This document shows, piece by piece, positions 9,341-19,149 of a stretch of DNA of 64,000 nucleotides. Below the pieces are notes generated by a model. It ran no database searches, was not told the DNA's origin, and saw only the letters and a program-made list of their open reading frames with translations. The stretch lies in contig CAWJET010000001.1 of the NCBI GenBank assembly GCA_963842085.1, forward strand, positions 3,072,001 to 3,136,000. Direction: 5' to 3'. The position numbers and the translations under genes were made by a program. This DNA comes from an uncultured delta proteobacterium (GTDB lineage Bacteria; Desulfobacterota; Binatia; Binatales; Binataceae). How positions within the stretch are numbered: position 1 is the stretch's first letter; the number at the start of each line of letters is the position of its first letter.

Positions 9341-11482
9341 ATGGCGCCGGTTATCGAGATCGTAAACCTGCACAAGGTTTTCCGCATGGGCGAGATCGAG
9401 CTACAAGCGCTATGCGGCGTCAACCTTGATATCGAGCGCGGCGAGTTCGTCGCGATCATGGGTGCTTCGGGTTCGGGCAAATCGACCTTGATGAATATCC
9501 TTGGATGCCTGGACCGGCCGACGAGCGGCCGCTACCTGCTGGAGAGCATCGATACCGCCTCGCTCAAGGAAGAAGAGTTGGCCGCCATCCGCAGCCGCCG
9601 AATCGGGTTCATTTTTCAGACCTTCAATCTGCTGTCGCGAACAACCGCGCTGGAAAATGTCGAATTGCCGCTCTTCTATTCGCAATGGAACCAGGAGGGC
9701 GAGCAACGCGCCCGGCAACTGCTGGCGCAGGTCGGGCTCCAGGGACGGGAGCAGAACAACCCGAATCAGCTTTCTGGCGGCCAGCAGCAGCGCGTCGCCA
9801 TCGCTCGCGCGCTGGTCAACGATCCCGCGATCCTGCTGGCCGACGAGCCGACTGGAAATCTCGATTCGAAAAACTCGGCCGAGATCATGGAGATCATCAG
9901 TCGCCTCAACCGCGAGCATGGGCTCACCGTCCTGGTCGTGACCCACGATTCGGATGTTGCTGCTTACACCGATCGGGTGGTGACTTTTCGCGACGGGGCG
10001 ATTATCTCCGATGTCCGCACGCGCCAGGCGCCGGCAGTGCCCAGCGCCGCAAGGATCGCTGCCCCTGCTACGGCGTCCGCTCGATTGCGGACTGAAAAAC
10101 CCTGGAGATTCGGCGGGATGGCTCTGAGTGCGGCCGGGCGGGCGCTCAGGCGCAACAAGACCCGGGCCGCGCTCACCATGCTCGGTATTTTCATCGGCGT
10201 GGCCGCGGTAATTGCGATGGTCGCGGTAGGCGATGGTGCGCGCTATTCGGTGCAACAGCAGATCCAGAGCCTCGGCACCAACTTGCTCGTGGTGTTGCCC
10301 GGTGCGACCACCTCCAGCGGCGTACGCATCGGCACCGGGAGCACCTCGACACTGACGGTGGCGGACGCCGATGCGATCGAGAAGGAAGTGAGCACGATTT
10401 CTGCCGTGAGTTACACGGACCGGCAGATCGGGCAAGTCGTCCACGCGAACCAGAATTGGAGCACCAGCGTGGCCGGCGTCACCACCGCCTACTTCGTGAT
10501 TCGTGACTGGCCGGTGGCAGAAGGGCGCAGCTTCACCGACGAAGAGCAGCGCAGCGCCGCGCCGGTGTGCCTGCTCGGCAGAACAGTGGCCAACAATCTC
10601 TACGGCGAGGATGAGGATCCGATAGGGACAACCGTTCGCGTCAAGAACTTTCCCCTGCGCGTGATCGGCGTGCTGGCGGTCAAAGGTCAATCCAACTTCG
10701 GCACCGACCAGGACGACGTCGTGCTCATGCCGTTCAATACCGCCGAGCGAAAAGTGCTTGGCACGTCACAGGTGACTGCGGCTGCACTGTCGAGCACCAC
10801 CGGATCGACCAATCCCGTCCTGAATCCCTATCTGAGCGTTCCAGTCACGAGCGCCTCCAGCCCGGTGTACGCATCGGACACCGCAATCATGAGCCCGTTC
10901 GGCAGCCCGCCCAAAATCTCAGGCGTGGTGAATATGGTGTTCGTCCAGGCGCGCGATGCCGAAGATGTCGACGCGGCGCAAAACGACGTCCAGCAACTGC
11001 TCCATCGCCGCCATCACGTCGGTCCCGGGCAGGACGATGACTTCACGGTGCGGAGTCTCAACGAAATTGCGCAGGCCTCCGAAAGCTCGAGCCGGGTCAT
11101 GACCCTGCTGCTGGCCGCGGTCGCGTCGATTTCATTGCTGGTCGGCGGGATCGGGATCATGAATATCATGCTGGTTTCGGTGACCGAGCGTACGCGCGAG
11201 ATCGGGATCAGGATGGCGATAGGGGCGCGTCGCCGGCAGATTCTGCTGCAATTTTTAGTGGAGTCGGCACTGCTCAGCATCATGGGTGGGCTGGCCGGAG
11301 CGGTTCTTGGAATAGTCGCTTCGAAGGTGCTGTCGGCGCTGGCGCAATGGCCGACGCTGATTTCGCCGACGGCGGTGTTAGGTGGATTTGGCTTCGCGGC
11401 GGCTGTCGGCGTGTTCTTCGGCTGGTATCCCGCACGCAAAGCTTCGCTGCTCGATCCGATCGAGGCTCTCCGCTACGAATGA
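9341..11482 (+). CDS. macB: MacB-like ABC transporter, fused ATPase and permease
   Basis: GASGSGKST, LSGGQQQRVAIARAL, DEPTGNLD, IMNIMLVSVTERTREIGIRMAIGA, LDPIEALRYE. Confidence 0.92.
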   Translation: MAPVIEIVNLHKVFRMGEIELQALCGVNLDIERGEFVAIMGASGSGKSTLMNILGCLDRPTSGRYLLESIDTASLKEEELAAIRSRRIGFIFQTFNLLSRTTALENVELPLFYSQWNQEGEQRARQLLAQVGLQGREQNNPNQLSGGQQQRVAIARALVNDPAILLADEPTGNLDSKNSAEIMEIISRLNREHGLTVLVVTHDSDVAAYTDRVVTFRDGAIISDVRTRQAPAVPSAARIAAPATASARLRTEKPWRFGGMALSAAGRALRRNKTRAALTMLGIFIGVAAVIAMVAVGDGARYSVQQQIQSLGTNLLVVLPGATTSSGVRIGTGSTSTLTVADADAIEKEVSTISAVSYTDRQIGQVVHANQNWSTSVAGVTTAYFVIRDWPVAEGRSFTDEEQRSAAPVCLLGRTVANNLYGEDEDPIGTTVRVKNFPLRVIGVLAVKGQSNFGTDQDDVVLMPFNTAERKVLGTSQVTAAALSSTTGSTNPVLNPYLSVPVTSASSPVYASDTAIMSPFGSPPKISGVVNMVFVQARDAEDVDAAQNDVQQLLHRRHHVGPGQDDDFTVRSLNEIAQASESSSRVMTLLLAAVASISLLVGGIGIMNIMLVSVTERTREIGIRMAIGARRRQILLQFLVESALLSIMGGLAGAVLGIVASKVLSALAQWPTLISPTAVLGGFGFAAAVGVFFGWYPARKASLLDPIEALRYE

Positions 11483-11518
11483 ACTGACGGCGTCGGGGAG
11501 ATCGAATCGGCCGGACCG

Positions 11519-11935
11519 CTATCGTTTGGGTCGCGCAGCCTCCAAAAATGATCGCAGCACGTGTCCGAATCGTTCGAACGACAACGGCTTCGAAACGTAG
11601 TAGTGGGCGCCGTTGGTGCGCGCGCGCTTCTCGTTGGCGTCGCTATGGCTGCCCGCGACGTAGAGCAGGGAGATCCCGGAGAAGTGCTCGCGAATCTGCG
11701 CGAGCACCCAGCCGAGATCATCTTCGGCGAGCGCTTGATCGTCGAGTATGGCCAGTCGCACATTCGGCTGAGCGAACATCTCGCGACTCACGAATTTGTC
11801 GCTTCGATGGTGAATCAGCTTCCAGGGGCGCTTGACGATTCCGAACGCCAGGTCCGCCAACGCCTGATCGTCAGAGAGCAGCAGCGCGGTGGGCGCAAGG
11901 CGTGTTTTTTTCAAATCTCGCTTCACTTCAGGCAA
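11519..11935 (-). CDS. Single-domain response-regulator receiver protein
   Basis: LLLSDD acidic pocket, LAILDD phospho-acceptor position, GAHYYVSKP conserved Lys. Confidence 0.7.
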   Translation of the reverse strand: MPEVKRDLKKTRLAPTALLLSDDQALADLAFGIVKRPWKLIHHRSDKFVSREMFAQPNVRLAILDDQALAEDDLGWVLAQIREHFSGISLLYVAGSHSDANEKRARTNGAHYYVSKPLSFERFGHVLRSFLEAARPKR

Positions 11936-12012
11936 GCGCGCTGTTGGCCGCGTGGAATTAATCCGAGAGCGTGATACTATTGCGGTGTTTTCGCGCTACA
12001 CGATTGTGGAGG

Positions 12013-12028
12013 AGCAGCAAGCATGCCA
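12013..12028 (-). promoter_or_regulatory. sigma54 promoter facing the receiver gene
   Basis: Minus strand reads TGGCATGCTTGCTGCT (GG-N10-GC), about 80 bp upstream of the 11935 start. Confidence 0.6.
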
Positions 12029-12086
12029 AGCATGCTGCCCGTTTCAGACACTACCGGGAGCGCGAAAGGAGGCAATTTCGCCCCGT

Positions 12087-13622
12087 ATGTCTCCATCGGC
12101 GCCAGCACAAAAGGGACAAGCGAACAGGATCTACGCTCCAGAAGGTGGACCACGCCACTACCACCTCCTGTGGGACGAGGAGCTTGAGGCGCTGCGGCCG
12201 GTGCTCACGCTTGTGCTCGAGCACCTCGACGGAGTCGTGGAGCATTGGTATCAGCTCTATGCTCTGCACTTTGGCGATAAGCGGAGTCTGTCGGAGCCCG
12301 AGTTTCGCGACCTCTTCCACAACGTGCTTTCGCGAAACACCAAGGACCTGCTCGAAGGAGACATGGATCGTTACGCAATCGATACGATCCGGACCGGCGA
12401 GTTATTGTGCGAGCGCAACGTGCCGTTTGCGGAGATCGTCGCGTCGCTTCATCTGTACGAGGAAAGCGCCTACACGGCCTTCCCGAAGAATCCGGCGCCG
12501 CCGCTGGAGATCTACACGGCGTTCGACAAGCTGAGTCACATTCGCATGATCCTGCTGGCCGACGCGTACTTTCGCTCCGCGTCGGCAAGCGCGGGCGCAC
12601 GCATCCAGGCGCTCGAACGGCAGGCAACCCTGCTGGCGCGGGAGAAGCGCAGCATCTTTCACGGCCTGGTAGGCTCCAGTGCCGCGATGCGCCGCCTTTA
12701 CGAGCGAATCGAGGCGGCGGCGCAGACACGAGGCACGATCTTGATCGTCGGAGAAAGTGGGACCGGGAAGGAACTGGTGGCGCGCTCGATTCACGAGTGC
12801 GGCGCGGAACCGGCGGCCCCGTTCGTCGCGCTCAATTGTGCCGCGATTCCAAAGGACCTGATCGAGAGCGAGCTGTTCGGATACAAGAAAGGCGCGTTCA
12901 GCGGTGCGAATGCCGACTACCTGGGACTGTTCCGGGCGGGCGAGGGCGGCACGCTGTTTCTGGACGAAGTTACCGAGATGGCGCCGCAGACGCAGAGCAA
13001 GCTGTTGCGCACCGTGCAGGAGCGGATGGTGCGGCCGGTAGGCTCGACCAAGGAGATCCCCGTCAATGTGCGCCTGGTCGCGTCGACCAACCGGGATCCC
13101 GAGGAGGCTGTCCGCGCCGGGAGCCTGCGGGAGGATCTCTACTACCGATTGCAGGCCGGGGTCCTTAGCGTATCGCCGCTGCGAGAGCGCCCCGACGATA
13201 TTCCGCTGCTGATCGAGCATTTCATCGAGCTCTTCAATGAGAAGCTTCAACCGCGAATTCCGGTGCGCGGTGCTGAGGAAGATGCGATCGCCGCGATGGT
13301 GGAATACTCCTGGCCGGGGAATGTCCGTGAACTGTCCAACACTATCGAAGGTGCGTTCACTTTCGGCCGCTCACCCATGATCCGGCTGCAAGACTTGCCA
13401 GCCGGAGTCGCCGGGAGCCGGCTGGAACGGGCCTCGCGGCGTGCGGAGGGCGCCTCGCGAGAAGCTTCCAATGACCTGCCGATTGTCACTTTCGCCGAGG
13501 CTGAGCGCGAGCTAATCGCCCGAGCTCTCAGGAGCACCGACGGCAACAAAGTGCAGGCCGCGACTCTGCTGCGAATCTCGCGCAAGAAGCTCTACGCCAA
13601 GATCGAAAAATACAGTCTATAG
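12087..13622 (+). CDS. sigma54-dependent activator (bEBP) with an N-terminal globin-like sensor domain
   Basis: AAA+ motifs [33 protein letters not shown] and a C-terminal Fis HTH. N-terminal helices follow the globin-coupled-sensor pattern. AAGGAGG lies upstream of the ATG. Confidence 0.88.
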   Translation: MSPSAPAQKGQANRIYAPEGGPRHYHLLWDEELEALRPVLTLVLEHLDGVVEHWYQLYALHFGDKRSLSEPEFRDLFHNVLSRNTKDLLEGDMDRYAIDTIRTGELLCERNVPFAEIVASLHLYEESAYTAFPKNPAPPLEIYTAFDKLSHIRMILLADAYFRSASASAGARIQALERQATLLAREKRSIFHGLVGSSAAMRRLYERIEAAAQTRGTILIVGESGTGKELVARSIHECGAEPAAPFVALNCAAIPKDLIESELFGYKKGAFSGANADYLGLFRAGEGGTLFLDEVTEMAPQTQSKLLRTVQERMVRPVGSTKEIPVNVRLVASTNRDPEEAVRAGSLREDLYYRLQAGVLSVSPLRERPDDIPLLIEHFIELFNEKLQPRIPVRGAEEDAIAAMVEYSWPGNVRELSNTIEGAFTFGRSPMIRLQDLPAGVAGSRLERASRRAEGASREASNDLPIVTFAEAERELIARALRSTDGNKVQAATLLRISRKKLYAKIEKYSL

Positions 13623-13685
13623 CAACGGCTACACCTGCATCGTATCGACCCGATCAAATAATCTGCTAAGTTATCCCCCGGGAGC

Positions 13686-13952
13686 ATGATCGACAGCACG
13701 ATGAAGCGAATCCTGACCGTTGCGATCCTGGCTGCCGCCGCCGGTCTCTACGGATGCGCGTCATCCGCAACCAATCAGACCGCTTCCATGAGTGCCACGT
13801 GTCAGGCCCCGACGGACTGCGAAGCCCGAGACCATGCCCGACAGATTCGTGACGAGGCCGACTACCAGGATGAACCGGCGTTGGGATACCTGCAGTCGCC
13901 GCCGGGATTGCTGCCAGTACCGCTGACCTCGCGAAATACATCCTCCAACTAA
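13686..13952 (+). CDS. Small putative lipoprotein
   Basis: MKRILTVAILAAAAGLYGC signal peptide with lipobox, and a further CxxxxxC pair. Confidence 0.6.
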   Translation: MIDSTMKRILTVAILAAAAGLYGCASSATNQTASMSATCQAPTDCEARDHARQIRDEADYQDEPALGYLQSPPGLLPVPLTSRNTSSN

Positions 13953-14134
13953 TCGATAGAGCACGGTCCGCTCAGAGGCATGGACGTCGTGTCGATGTGT
14001 GGCATCGTCGCACGGTCCGTTTTCTGGTTGCTTCGAGTTGGTCTTCTTGTTGCGTGGCATTGTATCCGCGCGTTCACTTTCGCAACGCTGAATTGCACGA
14101 AAATATCAAGCCGATAGGGCTCTTTCACTCCTTA

Positions 14135-14163
14135 TTGACAGCCCTAATGCCGAGGGCAAGAAT
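14135..14163 (+). promoter_or_regulatory. Possible sigma70 promoter of the NtrC-type regulator
   Basis: TTGACA-N17-AAGAAT; the spacer holds the inverted repeat GCCCT-N7-AGGGC. Confidence 0.35.
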
Positions 14164-14210
14164 GCTACACTAAGCCGCATCTGCCCCTCAAAGAGATGTG
14201 GCGATTTGGG

Positions 14211-15668
14211 ATGAGCGTGCAGGATCGCAACGTACAGAACAAGGCGCGGGTTCTGATTGTCGATGACGAGTTCCATGTTGCACGTGGTGCCGCGACGGTC
14301 CTTTCACAGGCTGGTTACGAATGCGAAACATGCCCCACGGTCGAAGCAGCCTTGAAGATGCTTGAACGTAAGGGCGCAGACGTAATCATCGCAGACATGA
14401 GGATGCCGGGGATGGATGGGATGGATTTACTGAAGAAAGTGCAAACCAAGGATCCGGACATGGCGGTCGTGATGAGCGTTCCGCTGCCAGCAGCGGAGTC
14501 GGCCAAGGAGGCATTGCGCGGCGGCGCGTTCGACTGTGTGACGAAGCCGTTCGACAGCGATGAGCTCAACGCGGTCGTCACTCGGGCGGTCGAGATGAGC
14601 GCGCTGCAACGCGAGAACCGGAAGCTGCGCGAGCAGCTCGATGTCGCCAGCATCGCCGCGGGTTTCATCGCAGAAGCGCCCAAGAGCCGCGAGCTCGTCG
14701 CCATGATTCGACGGGTTGCGCCGTCGCGTACGACCGCGCTGGTCGAAGGCGAGACCGGTACCGGCAAGGAGCTGGTGGCGCGGATGCTTCACTACTGGAG
14801 CAATCGCGCCGACGGACCGTTCCTCGCGATCAACTGCAAGGCGCTCGCCGATGGCGTGGTCGAGAGCGAGCTGTTCGGTCACGAAAAGGGATCGTTCACC
14901 GGGGCCATCCGGGATCGTGCGGGATGCTTCGAGCGCGCCTCCGGCGGCACGCTGTTTCTCGATGAGATTGGAGAGGCGGGCCCGGACTTCCAGGCCAAGC
15001 TGCTGCGCGTGCTTGAGGACGGCGAGGTGCTTCGCGTCGGCGGGTCGAAACCGCGCAAGGTGGATGTCCGAATAATCGCGGCGACCAATCGCAAGCTGCG
15101 GAGCGAAGTCGCCGCCGGCCGCTTCCGCGCCGACCTGTATTTCCGCCTCAGCGTGATTCCCCTCAGGATCGCGCCGCTGCGCGAGCGCCGCGAAGACATC
15201 CTGCCCCTGGCGCGTCATTTCCTTGCCTTTCATTCCACCGACGCAGGCCGTCCGCTGATGCTTTCCCCGCAGGCCGAAGAAGCGCTGCTCAATTACTCGT
15301 GGCCGGGCAATGTTCGCGAGCTTGAAAACGTGATCGAGCGCGCGGTCGTGATGAGTGGGCAGGAGACGTTGATGCCTGAAGCGTTTGCTTTCGACGACGA
15401 CGCCTCCGACGAGGACCTCGACCTTGGTGCCGGCGTCGCCAAACCGTCAGGGGCTGATTCAGTGCTGGATTCGAACCACGCGCAGCGCGCCGCGCAGTCC
15501 GCCGAGAGTCAGGAGGAGGGTACGCTGCAAGCAACCCTTGATCGCGCGGCGACGGTGCGAATCAAGGCGGCACTCGCCGCCGCCGGCGGAAACCGGGTTG
15601 ACGCGGCGGCTGCGCTCGGAGTCGATCGGACGACGCTGTACAGATTGATGAAACGTCTCAGTCTTTAG
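14211..15668 (+). CDS. sigma54-dependent response regulator (NtrC/PilR family)
   Basis: Receiver ([20 protein letters not shown]), AAA+ ([22 protein letters not shown]) and HTH ([10 protein letters not shown]). Confidence 0.92.
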   Translation: MSVQDRNVQNKARVLIVDDEFHVARGAATVLSQAGYECETCPTVEAALKMLERKGADVIIADMRMPGMDGMDLLKKVQTKDPDMAVVMSVPLPAAESAKEALRGGAFDCVTKPFDSDELNAVVTRAVEMSALQRENRKLREQLDVASIAAGFIAEAPKSRELVAMIRRVAPSRTTALVEGETGTGKELVARMLHYWSNRADGPFLAINCKALADGVVESELFGHEKGSFTGAIRDRAGCFERASGGTLFLDEIGEAGPDFQAKLLRVLEDGEVLRVGGSKPRKVDVRIIAATNRKLRSEVAAGRFRADLYFRLSVIPLRIAPLRERREDILPLARHFLAFHSTDAGRPLMLSPQAEEALLNYSWPGNVRELENVIERAVVMSGQETLMPEAFAFDDDASDEDLDLGAGVAKPSGADSVLDSNHAQRAAQSAESQEEGTLQATLDRAATVRIKAALAAAGGNRVDAAAALGVDRTTLYRLMKRLSL

Positions 15669-15724
15669 CGTCGGACGCTCGCCGCGGTGCAGGACACCGT
15701 CGGGAGCGATTTGAAATCATATCG

Positions 15725-15761
15725 AGCGGCCGCGGCGCCAATCCCCGGCCGCTTTTTCTTT
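15725..15761 (+). terminator. Intrinsic terminator after the NtrC-type gene
   Basis: AGCGGCCG...CGGCCGCT hairpin followed by TTTTCTTT. Confidence 0.65.
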
Positions 15762-15806
15762 GTTCCCACGTCAAGCGAAAGGCGCTACCGGGGACGCGGG
15801 CGCACT

Positions 15807-15854
15807 AAACAAACAGGCCCCGGACCGACGCGCCGGCGCGTCAGGTCCGAGGCC
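15807..15854 (-). terminator. Terminator of the tad operon
   Basis: GC-rich hairpin (GGACCGACGCG-CCGG-CGCGTCAGGTCC) followed on the minus strand by TGTTTGTTT. Confidence 0.55.
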
Positions 15855-15872
15855 CCCTGGGAGAGGCTGAAA

Positions 15873-16808
15873 TCAACTACCTGACAGCGTATGGAGGATC
15901 GAGATCATCGCCGGTCCGATGATTACCGCGATCATCGCGGGCAATACGAAGATAACCAGCGGGAACAGAATCTTAATCGATGCCTTCTGTGCGTCTTCCT
16001 CGGCACGCAGCCGGCGACGCGTGCGCAACGCGTCGGAACTGGCTCGCAATGCCGGTGCTATCTGGGCGCCAAGCTGTTCACTCTGAATCAGGGTTGCGGC
16101 GAGCGGCTTGATGTCTTCAATCGTGGTCCGATCGGCCAACCCGCGCAAGGCCTGTCCAAGCGTCGCCCCCGCGGAAATATCGGTTGAAACGAGGTTCAAC
16201 TCGGTGCCGATTTCCTGTCCATGACGATCGCATTCCGCGCCGACGATCCGAATCGCCTCGTACAGTCCGAGGCCCGCTTCGACGCATACCACCAGCAGGT
16301 CGAGCACGTCCGAGAGCTGCCGTGAGATGTTACTCTGGCGTATTCGCGCACGCCGTCCCAGGTAGTAGCTGGGCACGAAAATCCCGATCCCGATACCGCC
16401 TAATCCCAGCAGCAGCGGTGTGGCTGCCGACGGATGAAAGACAGCCCCGACCAACAGACCCAAAACTCCACCCGCGACCGCCAGCAGCACGCGGATGACC
16501 TGATAAGTCTGCGGCGCGCTGGACTTTAGAAATCCTGCCTGTGCCAGAGTCTGCTGCAGCTTCTCGCCGGTCGGGGAGTCCATGTTTGGCGGCGGGACGC
16601 GCTTGGCGGCCCATCGGAAAAGCATGCGCAGCACGTTGTCGTCCTGGAGGTCACCCTCGAGTGCGCCCTGCGAGGCCCGCATCCTGACAGCCAGGTCTGC
16701 GAATCGTTCGTCGACCGCACGGTTCGGCGGCGAAATGGCCAAGTAAAGGGCCACACACGCTGCGCCAGCAAGGAAGAAGACCGCTATGCCAACGATGAAT
16801 GGACTCAT
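15873..16808 (-). CDS. tadC: Tad pilus inner-membrane platform protein TadC
   Basis: DVLDLLVVCVEAGLGL, QSEQLGAQIA and KILFPLVIFVLPA (T2SSF family). Confidence 0.9.
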   Translation of the reverse strand: MSPFIVGIAVFFLAGAACVALYLAISPPNRAVDERFADLAVRMRASQGALEGDLQDDNVLRMLFRWAAKRVPPPNMDSPTGEKLQQTLAQAGFLKSSAPQTYQVIRVLLAVAGGVLGLLVGAVFHPSAATPLLLGLGGIGIGIFVPSYYLGRRARIRQSNISRQLSDVLDLLVVCVEAGLGLYEAIRIVGAECDRHGQEIGTELNLVSTDISAGATLGQALRGLADRTTIEDIKPLAATLIQSEQLGAQIAPALRASSDALRTRRRLRAEEDAQKASIKILFPLVIFVLPAMIAVIIGPAMISILHTLSGS

Positions 16809-16809
16809 A

Positions 16810-17757
16810 TTAGTAGTTCACTCGCAGTAGTCGCCTGATGGTGAGAATGGCGAGAGTGTCCGCTCCGATCGCGAATTTCAAAATTTTCTGACCGGTCGGA
16901 TCGTGGAACAATTTATCGGTGTACCCCGGCTGAATGAAGGTGAATATAATCAGCATCAAGATTGGCAGGCAGCCGACAACGAGTCCGCCCATGCGCGATT
17001 GCGCGGTCAGCGCTTTGATCTGCATGCGCAAGCGCTGGCGGGTTCGCACGATTTCTGAAAGCCGCCCGACAATCTGGGCCAGGCTCGATCCCACTTCCGT
17101 TTGCACGCGGACGGCTACGACCAGCAGCCGGAGGTCGTCTTCCGGAATCCGCTTCAGCATATCTTCGAGCGCGCGCGGGAGCGGCAGTCCGATCCGATTC
17201 TGCTCGAGCACGGTGCGGAACTCGCTGCCCAGAGGATCGGCAAACTCGCTGACCAGAACCTGCAGCGCGCGCTGCAGCGAATGTCCCGCTTCGAGCGACG
17301 ATTTGATCAGGTCAAGCGCGAACGGCAACTGAGCGCCAAAGGCCTTCAGGCGTCGCTTCCTGCGAAATTGGATGTAGGCCAGCGGCATGGCCGCCAGCAC
17401 CAGCCCGCTGCCGAACGCAAACCACATGTCGTGGAAGATGAGATTGCCGCCGAACAAACCCGCGCCGAACATCAGCACGATGATCAGCAAGATGTCGACG
17501 ACCCTCATGTACATGCCCGCCTGCCACATCGCCTCTTCGAGGCTGCGCAGCAGGTTCATTTTGTACAGCGCGCTCAGCAGCACTCCCTCCTGGGGGCGGC
17601 GCTTGCGCATCACGTCGATATCGATCTCGTCGGGGGGGCGCGTGAGGCGCCGAGCCACCTCGCGCTGTTGCTCGACTTCGGTGCCGCGAGTGCTGGTAAA
17701 GACCAGCACGCCCACGAAGACGAGCGCGAATATGCCGCTTGCCATCAAAAAATCCAT
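16810..17757 (-). CDS. tadB: Tad pilus inner-membrane platform protein TadB
   Basis: QLPFALDLIKSSLEAGHSL, QTEVGSSLA and KALTAQSRMG. Confidence 0.9.
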   Translation of the reverse strand: MDFLMASGIFALVFVGVLVFTSTRGTEVEQQREVARRLTRPPDEIDIDVMRKRRPQEGVLLSALYKMNLLRSLEEAMWQAGMYMRVVDILLIIVLMFGAGLFGGNLIFHDMWFAFGSGLVLAAMPLAYIQFRRKRRLKAFGAQLPFALDLIKSSLEAGHSLQRALQVLVSEFADPLGSEFRTVLEQNRIGLPLPRALEDMLKRIPEDDLRLLVVAVRVQTEVGSSLAQIVGRLSEIVRTRQRLRMQIKALTAQSRMGGLVVGCLPILMLIIFTFIQPGYTDKLFHDPTGQKILKFAIGADTLAILTIRRLLRVNY

Positions 17758-17762
17758 GGTAT

Positions 17763-19139
17763 TTATCCGACTGTGTTGCGGAAGATTTTGCCGTCGAGTT
17801 TGTAACCCGCAGTCTCGAGCCGCTGCGAGTAGGTTGACCGAATCCCGGTGGCCACAAACTGGCCGAGCACCTCGCCACCCGCTCCGATTCCAGTGCGTTT
17901 GAATTCGAACAAATCCTGCATCATCACCATCTCGCCTTCCATTCCGCTGATCTCTGAGATTTTTAGAATTTTGCGCGAGCCGTCGGAGAGGCGCGCGACG
18001 TGAACGATGATGTTGAGCGCCGCCGCGATTTGCTGGCGCATCGCGCGCTGCGGAACCGACACGCCTGACAGCAGCATCATCATCTCAAGGCGGCCCAAGC
18101 TGTCGCGCGGAGTGTTGGCGTGGATGGTGGCGATCGAGCCGTCATGGCCGGTCGACATCGCCTGCAACATGTCGAACACTTCGCCGCCGCGGACCTCGCC
18201 GACGATGATGCGGTCGGGACGCATACGCAGCGAGTTCCTCACCAGGTCGCGCTGGCTGACTTCGCCCTTGCCTTCCACGTTGGGCGGCCGGGTCTCGAGC
18301 CTCACCACGTGCGGCTGCTGGAGCATCAATTCGGCCGAGTCCTCGATCGTGACGATTCGCTCGTCGGCCGGGATGAACAGCGACATGCAGTTGAGCATCG
18401 TCGTTTTGCCCGAGCCGGTGCCGCCGCAAATCAAGATGTTGAGGCGCGCGCGCACGATGGTGCGCAGGAACTCGACGATTTCGGGCACGAGAGTCTTCTT
18501 CTCGACCAGGTCGTCGATGCTGTAGCGCTTGCGGCCGAATCGGCGAATCGAGAGCGACGGGCCGTCGAGCGCCAGCGGCGGGATGATCGCGTTGATACGC
18601 GAACCGTCGGGCAACCGCGCGTCAACCATCGGCGATGCTTCGTCAACCCGGCGTCCGACCTGCGACACGATTCGATCGATGATCAGCATCAAGTGCTGAT
18701 CGTCCTGGAACTTGACCTCGGTGGCGTGGAGCTTGCCGCGCTTTTCGACGTAAACCTGGTTGTGTCCGTTGACCAGGATGTCGGTGATTTCATCGTCCCA
18801 CAGAAGCGGCTCCAGCGGCCCGAGTCCCAGCAGCTCGTTCTTAATCTCTTCTATGAGGTGAGTCTTGTCGGTGTCGGTGAGCAGCCGTCCCTCGTCGTCA
18901 AGAATGGCGGAGATCGCCTCGGTGACTTTCTGTGCCGCCAGGACCGGCTCGAGACTTTCAAGCCGCGTAACGTCCAGCGTCTCGAACAGACGATTGTGCA
19001 CCGCCAGCTTGAGCTGCTGAAAACCCTCGGCCTGCACGTCCCTGACCGGACGCTTTCCATTGCCGCCACCCATCAGCGAGCGCTGAAACGGGACCGGGGT
19101 TGCGCTGCTCTGCTGCGAAATTCGCTCAACCAGCTTCAT
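17763..19139 (-). CDS. cpaF: Tad pilus assembly ATPase CpaF/TadA
   Basis: [54 protein letters not shown]. Confidence 0.95.
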   Translation of the reverse strand: MKLVERISQQSSATPVPFQRSLMGGGNGKRPVRDVQAEGFQQLKLAVHNRLFETLDVTRLESLEPVLAAQKVTEAISAILDDEGRLLTDTDKTHLIEEIKNELLGLGPLEPLLWDDEITDILVNGHNQVYVEKRGKLHATEVKFQDDQHLMLIIDRIVSQVGRRVDEASPMVDARLPDGSRINAIIPPLALDGPSLSIRRFGRKRYSIDDLVEKKTLVPEIVEFLRTIVRARLNILICGGTGSGKTTMLNCMSLFIPADERIVTIEDSAELMLQQPHVVRLETRPPNVEGKGEVSQRDLVRNSLRMRPDRIIVGEVRGGEVFDMLQAMSTGHDGSIATIHANTPRDSLGRLEMMMLLSGVSVPQRAMRQQIAAALNIIVHVARLSDGSRKILKISEISGMEGEMVMMQDLFEFKRTGIGAGGEVLGQFVATGIRSTYSQRLETAGYKLDGKIFRNTVG

Positions 19140-19149
19140 TTGGGGTACC

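Noticed and set aside
14055-14069. sigma54-like TGGCATTGTATCCGC upstream of the NtrC-type gene
   Set aside because: The -12 box lacks the conserved TGC, and a sigma70-like promoter lies closer to the gene.
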